Origin: Callorhinchus milii
Lineage: Eukaryota
Length of the DNA: 64,000 nt
Direction of reading: 5' to 3'
Assembly: GCF_018977255.1 (NCBI RefSeq)
Contig: NW_024704743.1
Coordinates: 108,254,001 to 108,318,000, forward strand
Shown here: one piece after another, positions 1 through 13,278 of the stretch
Layout of the letters: each line of letters begins with the position of its first letter
Numbering within the stretch: the stretch's first letter is position 1
Notes under the pieces: model-generated
Databases searched by the model: none
Told to the model about the DNA's origin: nothing
What the model saw: only the letters and a program-made list of their open reading frames with translations
Translations under genes and position numbers: made by a program

Positions 1-1040
1 TCCAGAAGGAAAGGGCTGTAAAGTGGACATTAGAGATTACATGGACACTACTCGAAAAGTGAATGGAGTTTGATTCAGTGTCCTGGCCAACAAATTCTCA
101 GATAAAATCGTCATTCACTTCATGGCTGTTTGTGAGACATTGCTGCACGCAAATTAGCTACTGCATTCGTCTACAAAATACTTAGTCATGATACGTTACA
201 GTAAAATGCTGTGAAATGCTTTGAGATGTCTCAATGGTGTCATAAGGCTATGTGAAATGCAAGATTCTTATTATATAATGCTGGAGACTGTTGTAACATT
301 GGAGGGTTGCCAGCTGGTTGCTATTGGATAACACAGTGCTCTGTATTACAGCACTTAATAGTGCACCAGAGACCCAAACTTCCATCTTGTCCACGTCTGG
401 AAGACCATTTTGTTTTAAAATGTAAGATTATGTTGTATTCTACTGTAGTGTATCCATCACCATCAAAACTATGTACAGAATGGAAATATTTTGAACTGCA
501 GAATCTCGTAATTTATGTCCTGTTTATGCCAGGGCTACCTTTTGTGATGTACTCTGAATTTCCTGTTATTAATGTAAGAACACTTCACTATAAGGCTCTG
601 TGCTGGCTTCGGCCCTGAGTGCTTACAAAACCATTGTCCTTGGATTGGACCATTGAATAAAAAGACGGATTGTAATTATTTTCATTCAAATAATATTTGA
701 AAATGTCCTGATCTGTGGCCGACCTTGGTATTTTTTGCCCAGTTACTCAGTCTGGGCAGGACACATTATTTAGTTTAGTGCCTCCCTGATCTTGGAGCTG
801 TTCAGTGGAGTGTTGCTCAACCACTGAGACAGTCAGGCACAGCCTCGTCCCCATATCCCTTTAATACTCTTACATCCTAACTAGTTCTCTTTCTTCCTTT
901 TAAACATCCTAATTGGTTCAGCATTTAAGGCTTTCAGCGACAGTGCATTCTATTATATTCTAGTCACCCTCCTCCTTGTTAGTAAATGTTGTCCTATTTC
1001 ACCTCTAACAATTTACAAGATCACAAGATTGGATGAAGAA

Positions 1041-2050
1041 ACAACAACAACAACAACAAGATTCCATTTATAAAGCGCCTTTCACGTCAGGAGGACGTCC
1101 CAAGGCGCTGCACAGTTGGGTCATGACCCGAGCAGGGGGAAATGGTGAGGGGAGGGAAGGGAGGGAGAGAGGAGGGGGGAAATGGTCAGGGTGAGGGGAG
1201 GGAAGGGAGGGAGCGAGGAGGGGGAAGAGAGTCGAGAGGGGAGCTGAAGGCACGGTCAAAGAGAAAGGCTTTGAGACCGGCCTTGAAGGAGGAAAGGGAG
1301 GAGGCGGCGAAGGCACTGGGGGATGGAGTTCCAGAGCCTGGGGGCTGAGAGGCTGAAGGCCCGACCACCGATGGTAGGGCGGTTGGGGCGGGGGACGTGG
1401 AGCAGACCGGAGCCAGAGGAACGGAGGGTACGGGCAGGTAGGTAGGGGGATAGTAGGTTGGAGAGGTAGGAGGGAGCAAGGCCGTGAATGGCCTTGTAGG
1501 TGAGGATGAGGATCTTGAAATCAATCCTCTGGGGGATGGGGAGCCAGTGGAGGCGAGCGAGGGTGGGAGTGATGTGGTCCCGAAGCTTGGTGCGGGACAG
1601 TACACGAGCTGCAGAGTTCTGAATGACCTGCAGCTTGTGGAGGGAGGTGGCGGGAAGGCCGGCGAGGAGAGAGTTCCCATAGTCCAGCCTTGAGGTGACA
1701 AAGGCGTGAACCAGGGTTTCAGCAGCGTGAGGGGTGAGGTAGTGCCGTAGTCTGGCGATGTTCCGGAGGTGATGGAAGGCGGTGCCAGTTGTGGTGCGGA
1801 TGTGAGGGAGAAAGGACAGCTCAGGGTCGAACAAAACGCCGAGGTTCCTGACTGGCTTTGAGAGGTGGAGAGTGCAGCCTTGGATGCTGATGGTGTCAGC
1901 GCCTGAGGTGCGGAGGCGCTGACGTGAGCCAATCAGGAGGGCCTCGGTTTTTCGCACGTTGAGCTGAAGAAAGTTGTCTCTCGTCCAGGACTCGATGTCG
2001 GACAGGTAGGCTGTCAGGACATCGGTGGTCGTGGAGTTGAGAGTAGAGGA
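1041..2050 (-). mobile_element. Young 5'-truncated L2-clade LINE (subfamily A), ORF2 C-terminus + 3'UTR + (TTG)n tail
   Basis: Open for ~250 codons (LSDIESWTRDNFLQLNVRKTEALLIG...VRNLGVLFD...FVTSRLDYGNSLL...LHWLPIPQRIDFKILILTYKA...GRAFSLSAPRLWNSIP), one late frameshift, (AAC)n tail at 1041-1059. Confidence 0.93.
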
Positions 2051-3669
2051 GGAAAGCCCTTTGGCTTATTCAATCTCATCTTCCAGAACACCCACCCTAC
2101 AAAACACAGTCACTATACTTTACACTCAATCCTTTGAAGTGCTTCCTGACATGAAAGGTGCTGTATCAAATGTAAGGCACTATATTAAATAATTATTATT
2201 ATTAACATCATTGCTTATTTTATCTTCAACCCACAATCTTCTGACTCAGAGGAGAGTGTGCTACCCACTGAGCCACCCGAGGAGTTTAAAAATCTAATTT
2301 GAGGAGATACCATAATTGGTTTTAAAAATGTGTTTTATAAGTATAAAAAGTGAAATATGGAACATTCGAAATATACAGGGGGAACAGAATGAATTAATTT
2401 GCTTGTGTTTAATCTAAATGCAAACTTTCTCCTTAGAACCAATTCTTGTCAAATAGATTGGGTTTGAGTCAGGCTCTCAGAAACAATCAGTCCACTCCAA
2501 TCTCCTCCCCTGCTTTTGCAGTGCTTGTGTGCTAAGACAGGCAGCTTGGCTCTGTCCTGCTTGTACAGCAAAATTGAATGCAGTAAAGTCAACAAATCAA
2601 GAATGAATGTGGTGCCAGCCTGACTCAGTTGATAGCACTCTGGCCTCAGAATGGGGGTTATGTGTTCAAGTAACACATTGAGACTTTGAACTCATAGTCT
2701 AGGCTCACACTCCTATACAATGTTTGGTGAGTGTTGCATTGTTAAAGCTGCTGTCCACCAGGGAAGCTGGCTTCAAAACTAAGACTTGTGGTGGTAGGTG
2801 ATTTCACCCTGAGGATAATGAAAAGTATTGTTGTTTTGACCAAATTTTTATTTGGTATAATTATCAGTGGTCATAATGTCACTGGTGATATTATCACAAT
2901 ACAATACAAATTTACATTTATATTGTAGCTTTCACTTCGGGAGGACATCCCAAGGCACTTACAGTAATAATTTGATACCTGAGCTGGTGGTGGGAGCCCA
3001 GGGGGTATGGAGAGGAAAGATGACTGGAAATGCAGGCAAAATGGGAGACGGACCTTGAATGAGAGGAGGGAGGGAGGGAGGGAGGGAGTGAATTGGAGGG
3101 ACTCCGACGTGAAAGGTTCTAAATCAAATGCAAGGATTATTATAATTTATGTTTAATATTGTGTATTCCTAGTGAGTGTTTGCAGAGAAACATGCAGATC
3201 TCATTAATTGCTTGAATTTCATTAACCCCCTCTACCTCTCTAGAAACCTGAAATTCCTCCTAACCTTGAGGACAATGATCAACTGCAGAGCCTTTCCAAA
3301 CACACTGCACCACATTTCCAGCTCATTTTTATATTGTGGCTTTTCATAAGATCTATTAATATTGCTTTCTAGCAGACTGACAGATATCATCAATTACTCA
3401 CTGTCTCTTCTATTGGAAACGTGTACCTTTCACTTTCTTCCACTTAAATATTAAATAGGCTGTTTGAAGCGCTGGTGTTTTACTGACATCTAATAATTAC
3501 TGGATTAGCTCTGTCCTGGGAATAGAGAAAGTGAGAGTGAAGTAAGTGGCCCCACAGAACACTCCATACTGGAGTTCTCCTCTAGGCCTGCAGCATGGAT
3601 TGGGCAATAGCCAGTCACCAGACCAGCAGAGGACCAGACAACAGGATCAAACCCCAACCTGTCTTATGG

Positions 3670-3924
3670 TACGGTGACCATGTTTTGTAAACCAAATCTG
3701 GGAACAAATATCAAAAAATCGAACTCACCACAATTCCTGATGCTGGCAATAATGGAGAAGCTTGTTGGATAAATGGCTGTGTTTCTCTGATGAGTGTATC
3801 TGTTTTAGAATTTTATTGTTCTTGCTCAGTTTGTTGACGACTTGCAAACAAGCCAAATTTGGCCAGGAACACAACACCTCATCTGGGGTCTCTCCCCGGA
3901 AATCAGGAATGTATGGTCATCCTA
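3670..3924. mobile_element. hAT (Blackjack-like) non-autonomous DNA transposon
   Basis: TIRs TACGGTGACCAT / ATGGTCATCCTA; flanking 8-mers TCTTATGG and CCTTATAG (6/8 match) fit an aged 8-bp TSD. Confidence 0.7.
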
Positions 3925-4906
3925 CCTTATAGGGGCCTTTCCGTCTAAAAAGGAGGAATAAAAATAACAGTGATTTACGATTTAGAAAAAAATGAGCAGC
4001 ATGGACAAATGTCTGCTTTTTATACAGAATTTTTTTTTAATGTGATGAGCCTGCCCTTGTATCTTTGCTAACATTCTCCCCTTCCCCTCCTCTACTGAAG
4101 ACATTTTGACCTGACTCCCCCCACCCACCCATTACAGGAATGACAGGGAATGTTAATAGAATACACTTCTCTGTAAAGGGTAAAGTTCTATGATTGCTTA
4201 GGATTCTCTCATCACAATTGCTATGACATTTTGACATCACCGCTCTGCATAGCTATCATCAGCTTTACTCAATTGGGAGCACTCTTGCCTCCAGGACAGA
4301 ATATTGTGGGCTCAAGACTCAAATTGGGGATTTGAATAGTCTAGGCTGATGCAGTGATAGGAGAAGCAGGTGTATTGTTGAAGGTGGTGTCCTTCAGATA
4401 AGATATTTAAACCCAAGAAGCTGCCTGCCTGATTAGGTGGAGGCTAAAGATTCCTTGGTATTATTCAAAAAAAAGTTGGCCAACAGTCCTGCAGACAAAT
4501 TGTCGTTCACTTCATGCGGTCAGTGGTATCAGACGATTGAATAATAATAATACTCGATATAGTACTGTATGACGTCGTTGAGGTGCCTCAAAGCATTTCA
4601 CAGAATATACGGAAAAGTAAATTGACTGTTTATTTTGTGGGCGAAGTTATCACTTTCAGCGGGGTTGAAAGAAAAAGCAGTTGCTTACAACTACACCCTT
4701 AATTCAGAAAATAAAATCACTTTCTCTTTGTGTAAAGAAACGGTTTGCTTTTGTACAGTTTCTCTTTGCCAAATTTAAGGAATGGTAATCGTGGAGTTAG
4801 GTAATGGTATATCCCATTGGTATTTTATTGGAACAATGAGAGAGTCATTATTAAAAGTAAAGCTGTTGCAGTGACTGGACGTGCCTTCTCTGTCCACATA
4901 ATGGCC

Positions 4907-4940
<34 letters not shown>

Positions 4941-5869
4941 CAGAGTTTCTCCTGAGGTCCTGGCCAACATTCCCCCAAAATAAAATTGGTCATTCATTTC
5001 ATTGTAGTTTGTCAGACATTCTTCTGACATGAAAAACATTACACCAAGTGCAAGGATTATTATTATTGTTTTTAACAATAATAATAATTATTGCATATGA
5101 TATAGCTCCTAATCATATTTCAAAGAGCTTCACAGAATCTACTGTTAAATCAAAGTATAACCAGAAAAATAATCCGCATTTTCATTAGACACCAAAGGAA
5201 GAAAAAGCAAGAATCCAGTGAAGCTCATATAGTTTCCAGTTACACTGCAGCTGTGTGTGTTTCTTGTGTGGCAGAGGTTTCATTATAACTATTTTTGATT
5301 ATGGTACTTGTGAGTCAGATGAACCAATGCTGTTATCTACCTTTTGCAATACAATCACACTTCTTATGTTTATGCTTACTTGGCAATAATCAGTTCCAAT
5401 TTTGTGGAGCAGAAGACAGTTAATCCATACGGCAAAGGCAGTTCAGAGTCCAGAGAACGAGAATACATGAAAGTTGTATCCAGTGACACAGTGCTTGCAG
5501 TGGTAAAATCACTGCTATCCTTTATTTTTATTCCTTAGCAGCTGATTATTTTTGGTCATCGAAATTAGTATTTCAAAAAAGGATGAAAAAACAATAAATT
5601 AAGCTGTAAAGGAATCCAATGTACATTTCCACCCTGTCCACAGCTAACAGTGAGGAACAAATGTACAATCCTGCATTCACTGACCTTATTCTTTCCAGTT
5701 GTTACTCTTTCTCTGTTGATCATCTACAATTTTTTTTTCAATCTCCATTTTTGCCTAATATGGTCATTCTCCTTTTGTTGTTGGATACAAGCAAGTTATT
5801 GATGAATAAGAGTGAGGTTTTCAAAATTAACCTGAGTGAGTTTTGTAAACATGTAGAATAGGAATGATG

Positions 5870-7490
5870 GCAGTGTCGGGAGGACGTCCCAAGGCGTTGG
5901 ATAGACAGAGTTTCGGACCCGAGCTGAGAGTCAGGGTGGGGGTTGGGGGATGGTGAGGGCAGGAGGGGAAGCAGGGATCGAAAGCATGGTCGAAGAGGAG
6001 GGTCTCGAAGGTAGCGAGGGAGGGGGCAAGATGAAGGGACTGCGGGATGGAGTTCCAGAGGGTGACTGCAGAGTGGCGGAAAGCCTGCCCGCCGATAGTG
6101 GGGTGAGCAATGCAGGAGACATGAAGCAGGACGGAGCCCGCTGAGCAGAGGGAGCAAACAGGGTGGTAGGGGCTTAGGAGGTCACAGAGGTAGGGGGGAG
6201 CAAGACCGTGGAGGGGTTTGAAGGTGAGGACCGGGATCTTGAACTGTATCCTCAGTGTGATGGGAAGCCAGTGGAGTTGGGCAAGAATGGGGGTGATAGG
6301 GTCGTGGAGCCTAGTTTGGGAGAGGACACGGGCTGCAGAGTTCTGGATGATCTGCAGCCTGTGGAGGGAGGTGTTGGGGAGGTCAACAAGCAGTGAGTTT
6401 GCATAGTCGACTCTCGATGTAATGAAGGCGTGTATGAGGGTTTCGGCGGCCTGCGGTGTGAGACAGTGTCAGAGCCAGGCAACGTTGTGGGGGTGAGGGA
6501 AGGCAGAGCGGTTCATGAGGCGAACGTGGGGTAGAAAGGATAGTTGAGGGTCAAACAAGATGACAAGTTTCTGGACTGGCTTAGCAAGATGGAGTGTGCA
6601 TTCGTGGATGGTGATGCTATCAGAGCCTGAGGTGAGGAGGCGGTGATGGGAGCCAATCAGGAGGGTCTTGGTCTTGTTGATGTTCAATTGAAGAAAGTTA
6701 GCTCTCATCCAGGACTTGATGTCTAACAGACATTCTGTCAGGACAGCAGTGGTCCTGGAGTCAAGGGTGAAGGCAAAGAGGTACAGTTAGGTGTCATCCT
6801 CATACATGTGGAAGTTGACCCCATGTCTGCGGATGATGTCACGAAGAGGGAGCATATAGGTGTTGAAGAGGAGGGGACCAAGGACAGGTTCAAAGGAGTG
6901 GAGGGAGGGGTGGGTAGGGGCTGGGGTGGGAGGAGGAGATGGGGAGGGGATAGCAGTTGCAGTGGCAGAGGCAGCTGAGTGGATTCCCTCGACTTTGGAT
7001 TCAAGAAAGCCCAGGATCGCTTCGCAGTTGGCATTTGAGGTGAGGATGGGTGAGGCATGAGGGGGTAGGTGGAAGAGTCAGTTTGTGATGGAGAAGAGGA
7101 GTCTGAGGTTGTCCTTAGCCTCCAAGATTGTCTTGGAGTAGAACGACAATTTAGCAGAGGCGAGGGCGGAGCAGAAGGATTTGACATGGTCCAGCCAAAT
7201 CTGCTGGTGGACGGTTAGGTTTGATTTGAGCCAAGTGCGCTCAGTGGAATGCACCTTGGCTTTAAGGAAGTGGAGGTGGCTGGTGTACCAAGGTGATTTG
7301 TGTGAGTAGGAGACGGTTCGGGAAGAGAGGGGAGCGAGGGAATTGAGAATAGAGGAGAGGCAGCTGTGGAGAAGGGTGACTGAGGAGGATAGGAGTGGGA
7401 GATTTTTTCTCCAGGGGCGGTATAAAATGGAGGTGGGTTGGGTGGCAGTGGGGAGAGGGATTGAGAAGTTAAGGGAGATGAAGTGGTGAA
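5870..7490 (-). mobile_element. L2 LINE (subfamily A), internally deleted and inactivated
   Basis: RT core [13 protein letters not shown] (~6785-6822), NFLQLNINKT; upstream linker SPWYTSHLHFLKAK...; most of the N-terminal RT is missing at ~6890. Confidence 0.9.
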
Positions 7491-7761
7491 GTAGAAAGAT
7501 TACTTACTGGAAGCAAACTCTCTCCATTTGGGAAAATTACCAAGTTTGTCAGTGCCTGTCCGAGTGCAGTGAAATTTTTACATTGTAAACCCATTCAACC
7601 AAGTTCAGTAATTTTCCTGACAAGTGAGAAATGCCCAACCACAGTCTCTCAGCTTCTATTCCTGGCCTCTGTTAATTTAGCTGATCTCACTCGATTCAAC
7701 AGTGCAGGTGATACAGTTGACCCAAGCACCTTTGGATCAGAGAAAGGCAAACATCAATTCC

Positions 7762-8000
7762 AGGAGTCCCGTAGCATAGTGGTTAGTGCGCTCGCCTTCC
7801 AAGTGAGAGGACCTCGTTCAATTCCCGGGCAGGGCAAAACCTTAGGCAAGTTTAATTACTCACACACCTCTGTTTACCTAGCAGGAAGTAGGAGTCGATT
7901 GGCAGATCACTTTCCAGGGGTTATAATGCCATCAAAATAAAAAAATTCACTCAATCAATGATTGTTTGTGGGACACTACTGTGAACAATTAGCTGCATCT
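7762..8000 (+). mobile_element. Older, longer variant of the tRNA-headed SINE (TCC/Gly-like loop), 3' truncated
   Basis: Head ggagtcccgtagcatagtggttagtgcgctcgccTTCCAAgtgag; extra ~60 bp internal segment absent from the young copies. Confidence 0.8.
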
Positions 8001-10714
8001 CATCCAATGCTCTAGTTAGAGTGAAGATGATGAATTCCATAGTGCTTTAACAGAAGGACAATGGATCCAACTAAGGTTTAGGCCTTTGGATAGTACAGGT
8101 ATAAAGGGGAATAGAGAAAGGGTATTGGTATTCAAAGATCAGCCAAAATCTAATAAACTATTAGAAGGGAATTGATGGATAAATGGCCTCCTCTTGCCCC
8201 TGAAGTTGAGTATTATTTTATAAGTGCCCTTGTTTCTCAAATTGTGCTATTTACACAGAGTGACGTTTTGCAATCTAGACAAGGGCTGGAGATGTTTCTT
8301 GGTCTTAGCCTTGAGACTATCGTCTTACAATTTTAAAAATATGCAGATTTGTGGAAAACTATTAAATTAAGTACAATGTTTTAAAAGAGCTGCAGAAAAA
8401 AGGCTTCCAAAACAAGATTGAATTTAAGAATTATAAAACATTCTGCACCCTCTTCAATTTTAATGTCTCTGAACTAAGACTGTGCAAAGTACCTGATGTC
8501 GCTGTCAACTCAAAAGCTTGTGGCCATTGTGCGGTCAGACAAATCAAATAGATTTCAACCTTAACCTGATGGTGCATTAACCTGACACCACCTGTTGGAG
8601 CACAGCTGTAAATGTGCAGGTATATTCAGTTACCTTTTCCAAGTGTTGGAGCCTTAAAAAAAAGCTCTGTATCAGCTTGAAGGGCAAACGGCAGGAAATT
8701 ATTTTTAGTGCCTGATTCCATTCTCGGCACTGACAGTGTGAGATATCAGATGGAAAAAAAACAGTTATGATTACCTCCACCAAGGACACACAATCAATAT
8801 TTGACATTCCAGTGCAGAATTTCCGAACCTGTTGCTGACATTTCCTGAAATTTATGCATTAGATTGTTTTTCTTCATTCGCACCCAACTCCTCACTACCC
8901 CCCCTCCACCATTAGGATTTTTGTCTCTTAAAACCACATTCAGCAATGTCACAAATGCTTATCATTTAGGCATCAGCACTGTCCAGCTGCCCTGAGCGTA
9001 CACCTGTTGGGAAATAAACTTTCATCACTATTGAAAGGTACATCTCTTTTTCCTGGCAGGCTGTGCGGTTTTAGCTTCATAAATGCCAGCATTTACCTCA
9101 ACTCACACTCTGGGATCCCCAAGCCTTAGCTCTTGCCAACCTGCACTTAATACTCTTTGACATTAGGGGTAAGCAGGATGAGTTCCTCTGGAGGGAGAGT
9201 GCGCATTCAATGCCAGTCATGGGAATTTCTATGCGTAGGTGGCATGCATGAGACTCAGTCTGGTTTGGTTGCTCTTAAATGTGGTGATAGAGTTCTGTAT
9301 GTGTCAGACACCCGGCTGACAAAAAAAATTGTTTGTGTCAGGTTTTCTATAGCAAACCATTCTCTCACGGTTTTATTCTACCCTGGTGGAGGGGTAGGAG
9401 TCTGCATTAATTACCCTGTGAGATTTTGTGCTATGTCCCATAAAAGAAGCAACCCTGCAAGGGATTGTCGATGCAGGTTGCATCTGAGAAGAGACTGAAC
9501 ATTGGACAAAAGCCATTATTTCTCCCATGAGTGCGTCTGGGTCTGTCTCTCTGAGCCGCAACACAGGGCAGACTGAATTCATCAATCACACGCCCGTCCA
9601 GAAGACAAGTCTCTGAAACAAACCTGAAACGTATTCTGTGTTTTTTTTACTCCAGTGTGTTTCAGGCATATTAATAGTCAGCTCACAGCAAGGTCTGTGC
9701 TGTGATAAACTGCAGCTGCCACGAGTGTGAACAGTCTTGACTTTTGCGTGGATCACACGTTCAAATTGCATCTCCTACCAACATTTACAAACATCTTTGA
9801 GAAGAATCTAAACATATTTTCTGCAGTTAAGAGCCCAGATCATTGAAACAAATGTGCAACTTTAAAACAAAGCAAGTCATTTTAGCATTTCCTTTGACTG
9901 TGGTTGGTGAGGGTATATGTGGAGTTTTATTTTTAATACACTAATAATGTTCTTCCATTTGATATTACTCAAAAAAATGTCTCAAAGCGAGTCGCAGGAT
10001 ATTAATATAATAATAATCTTTACCTTTGGTGTAACGCCTTTCATGTCGGGGGAACTTCTCAAAACTTTTCACAGGATATACTGTGGAGTGGAGTGACTGT
10101 GTACCTTGTGGGCAAATGCAATTTCTGTCAAGGGTAGTGAGTGTGTTTTCATAGGCAAATACAGCAGTCATTTTACACACAGCTCAGTCTTAATTTGGAA
10201 GCTGTCTCTTTTTAAGAACTATGGAAAACCAGCTGCTGAGATTTAATTTAAGAGTTTTTCCACAATTCCATGCGATCTTAAATTTTACAACAAAAATTTG
10301 TTTTATGGGCTAAGACTAGGTTGAATTTGTTCTTCCACCAGATGTGTGGGAACCCAAAATACTCAGAATATTCAAAAATACCAGATTTACCAGATTTGAT
10401 CTCATTCACTACCCAGTAGTGGGCACACGGCTAGTATTTTTGTAACATGAAAGTAATCGTCAAATAATCCAGCAAAATATTTTAGGAAAGATGTCAACTG
10501 TGGCTATGTGAGTCTCTTCTCTGACTCCCGGTACCATCAGTCCTTGTCACCTTGTGTCCTGGAGGTATCTGCATTCTTTCAGCAGGCAGAGTCCTGTATC
10601 TCAGTTGCTGCTATTCCTAATTACAATGGACCTCTCATGTGATCTGTTTATAAACCCACAAGCCCTGAAGTCGTTAGTGGGTCAATGCTTTACACACGTA
10701 TATATGATAGTTTA

Positions 10715-11140
10715 TAATAATTGTTCTTGCATTTCAAACAGTGCCTAATTACATTGTTGAGTGCTCTACATATTTTACTGTGAAGTGTAGTGACTGTATT
10801 TTGTAAGCAAATGAGACAGCCAATTTGCACACAGTAATGCGCCACAAACAACCTTGAAATGAATGACCAATGTTATCCCGAGAATTGTTGGCCAGGACAC
10901 GGAGGAAAAAAATCCCTTCTCTTTTCGAATCATACCATGGTATTTTTAATATACATCTGTACAGGCACATGGGACTTTGGATTAATATTTTATCCAAAGG
11001 ACGGCACCTCTGACAATGCAGCATTCCCCCAGCACTGCACTTCTATGTCATCTTAAGACTGCGAGCTCAAAATCTTGATGGGGGGGCTTAAACCTATTAC
11101 TCAGACGCGAGAGTGCTACACACTGTGCCAGCCTGACATC
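10715..11140 (-). mobile_element. Deu-domain SINE
   Basis: Reverse complement of the 14314 family, head to tail. Confidence 0.8.
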
Positions 11141-11196
11141 ATTCCAATATTTATTGTAATAATTCTTGACTTTATTAGCTTTCAAACAAACTATTC

Positions 11197-11530
11197 GCCT
11201 GAAATTCTACCTGTGTGCCCATGAGATCATTTTTATAATAATCGTTGCATTTGATATAGCGCCATTGCATGTCATTGTGACGTCTCAAAGCGCTTCACAG
11301 AATATATTGTAAAATGGATTAACTGTGTATTTTGTGGGCGAAACTTAAAATCTAAAAACATGCAAATTCTGAAAAATTCTCCAATTCAGTCTTAATTTGG
11401 ATGCTGTTTTTCCACAGTTTTTAAAAAGAGACGAATTCAAATTAAGTCTAATGTAAGAATTTTGCACAATTTTGTGCAATCTTAAAGTCAAAATGATTAC
11501 AGACTAATACTAAGTGGAATTTCAGCCTTA
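11197..11530. mobile_element. Foldback MITE-like element (same family) with a SINE tail inserted
   Basis: Ends GCCTGAAATTCTACCT / AAGTGGAATTTCAGCC; inner cttaatttg / caaattaag. Confidence 0.6.
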
Positions 11531-12033
11531 CATGCTCCAACTATTAATTTACATATTACACAGTATGAGGCTCTGGTTTGGACATTGTATCATCCCCATC
11601 ATCCCATCCCCAACCCCCGCTTGCCCTATTATCAGAGATAAAAAGGAAAATTGTAAATGGTGAAAAAATTGTGGAAATAAATGCACAACTATTTCTGAAT
11701 GAGAGATAGGTTAATGTTTTGTGTTCAGATGTGCTGAATGATCTCAGGACAGACACCAGGAAGTTTTTTCTACCCAGAGGGTATAATTAACGGCTGGAAC
11801 AGAGTATCAGAAAAGGTGATTGAAGCCAGGACACTGAACTTGTTTAAAAAACAGCTTGAAGCAGTGATGGGGAGTTGGTATAATGGATTTTCTGGAGGTA
11901 TGAGATTAGATGGGCCCAAGGCTTTCTTCATCCAGACCAATCTTCTTCAATTTCCATCTGTGGTTTTCTCCTCAAGCCCATTCCTCCCTAAGTGACTTGG
12001 GAAAGGAGCACTGTACTACATCAGTCCTGTCCT

Positions 12034-12355
12034 GTGGAGTCCTGTAGCTCAGTGGTTAGAGCACTCGCCTTGCAAGCGAGACACTTGAGTTCAATTCCAG
12101 GCAGGGTGAAACCTTGCGCAAGTTTCCTTACTCCACACACCTAATAATAATCCCTCCAAAAAACAAAAACAATAATAAATTGGTCATTTTCAATCTGCAA
12201 TTGTTTGTGGGACACTGCTGTGCCAATTGACTGCCGCGTTTCGCCCACAAATATTACAGTCAATTCACTTTACAGCATATTCTGAGAAGTGCTTTGAGAC
12301 GTCTAGAAGATGTGAAAAGCGCTATATCAAATGCAAGGATTATTATTATTATTAT
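12034..12355 (+). mobile_element. Young tRNA-headed SINE (~320 bp, TGC/Ala-like loop), full length
   Basis: A box TAGCTCAGTGG, B box GAGTTCAATTCC, loop CTTGCAA, L2-like tail, (TTA)n end. Confidence 0.92.
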
Positions 12356-13278
12356 CACTGACAGCAAACTCACTTACTCTCACTGGGTGGTCCAGGAAAG
12401 TGTGTGGGCACCAAAGTACTGTCCACTGATCCACCTTCTAATTTGATACCAGTGAGCATAGAACCATCAAATTTATATAACAAAGCAATCGTTTGAGTCA
12501 CATTTACCTACCTTATTCCCATATCCCTGTAGTTTACTCCATTTTAGATATTTAGCAGATCTGTCAGAACTTGTCAATCTGCCATCGACCGATATTGTCC
12601 ATCTTGGGTTGGATAACATGGCTTGACATCCATCTGTAGTTTGCTTCCCACTCTATGGGGAGTGTGTGAGTGCATCTGTGTATGCATGTATGTATGAAAG
12701 GAGGGAAGGAGGGGTACAGATGGGAAGGGGATGGGGAATATGCAATCGAATGCAGCTTATTTTGAAAATAACACAGCATCCTCAAAGAACAGGTCATCAC
12801 CTCGATTACTTGAAAGGAGCATTACTTTCTGGCACGATTAAAAATGAATACGCACAAATATAATGAATATTGTATGACGTGCCCCACTTCCCAGGCTGTG
12901 TGAAGGAGCCTAAGTGAGGATCTGAGTTCATTTTGTTGGCCGAAAAACGATAGTTTTCAGAGTCAATAGCATTCACCAGCTTGTCACTAGAACGACAGTA
13001 TAGTTAGACCATGTTAGTAACATTGTTCTGCCAATGTGAGATTCCTGCTTTGTCATGCTCAGAGTTGCACATATGCCCATGTAAGCTGAGGAACTAAGAC
13101 GTCTGTTTATATCTCAGGGGAAAGGGATAGCAGTTGCCCTGTAAGAGTTGAACTGCATGTAAGATTCATATGCAAGTTGTTTCCAGGATGAGGTTAGACT
13201 TGGGGTTCGATAGAAATAGATTTTCAACAAACTCTATGATCTCCCCAAACACAAATTTATTTTAGTTTTACTTTGATA

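Noticed and set aside
1256..1957. 233-aa ORF as a host gene (also overlapping 248-aa ORF)
   Set aside because: 5'-truncated L2 ORF2 lacking the YADD core; the other ORF is an alternative frame of the same LINE.
12036..12105. tRNA-Ala(TGC) genes here and at 16070, 17285, 51115 and 61445
   Set aside because: No proper acceptor stem or Pol III terminator; each continues into the same SINE body and tail.
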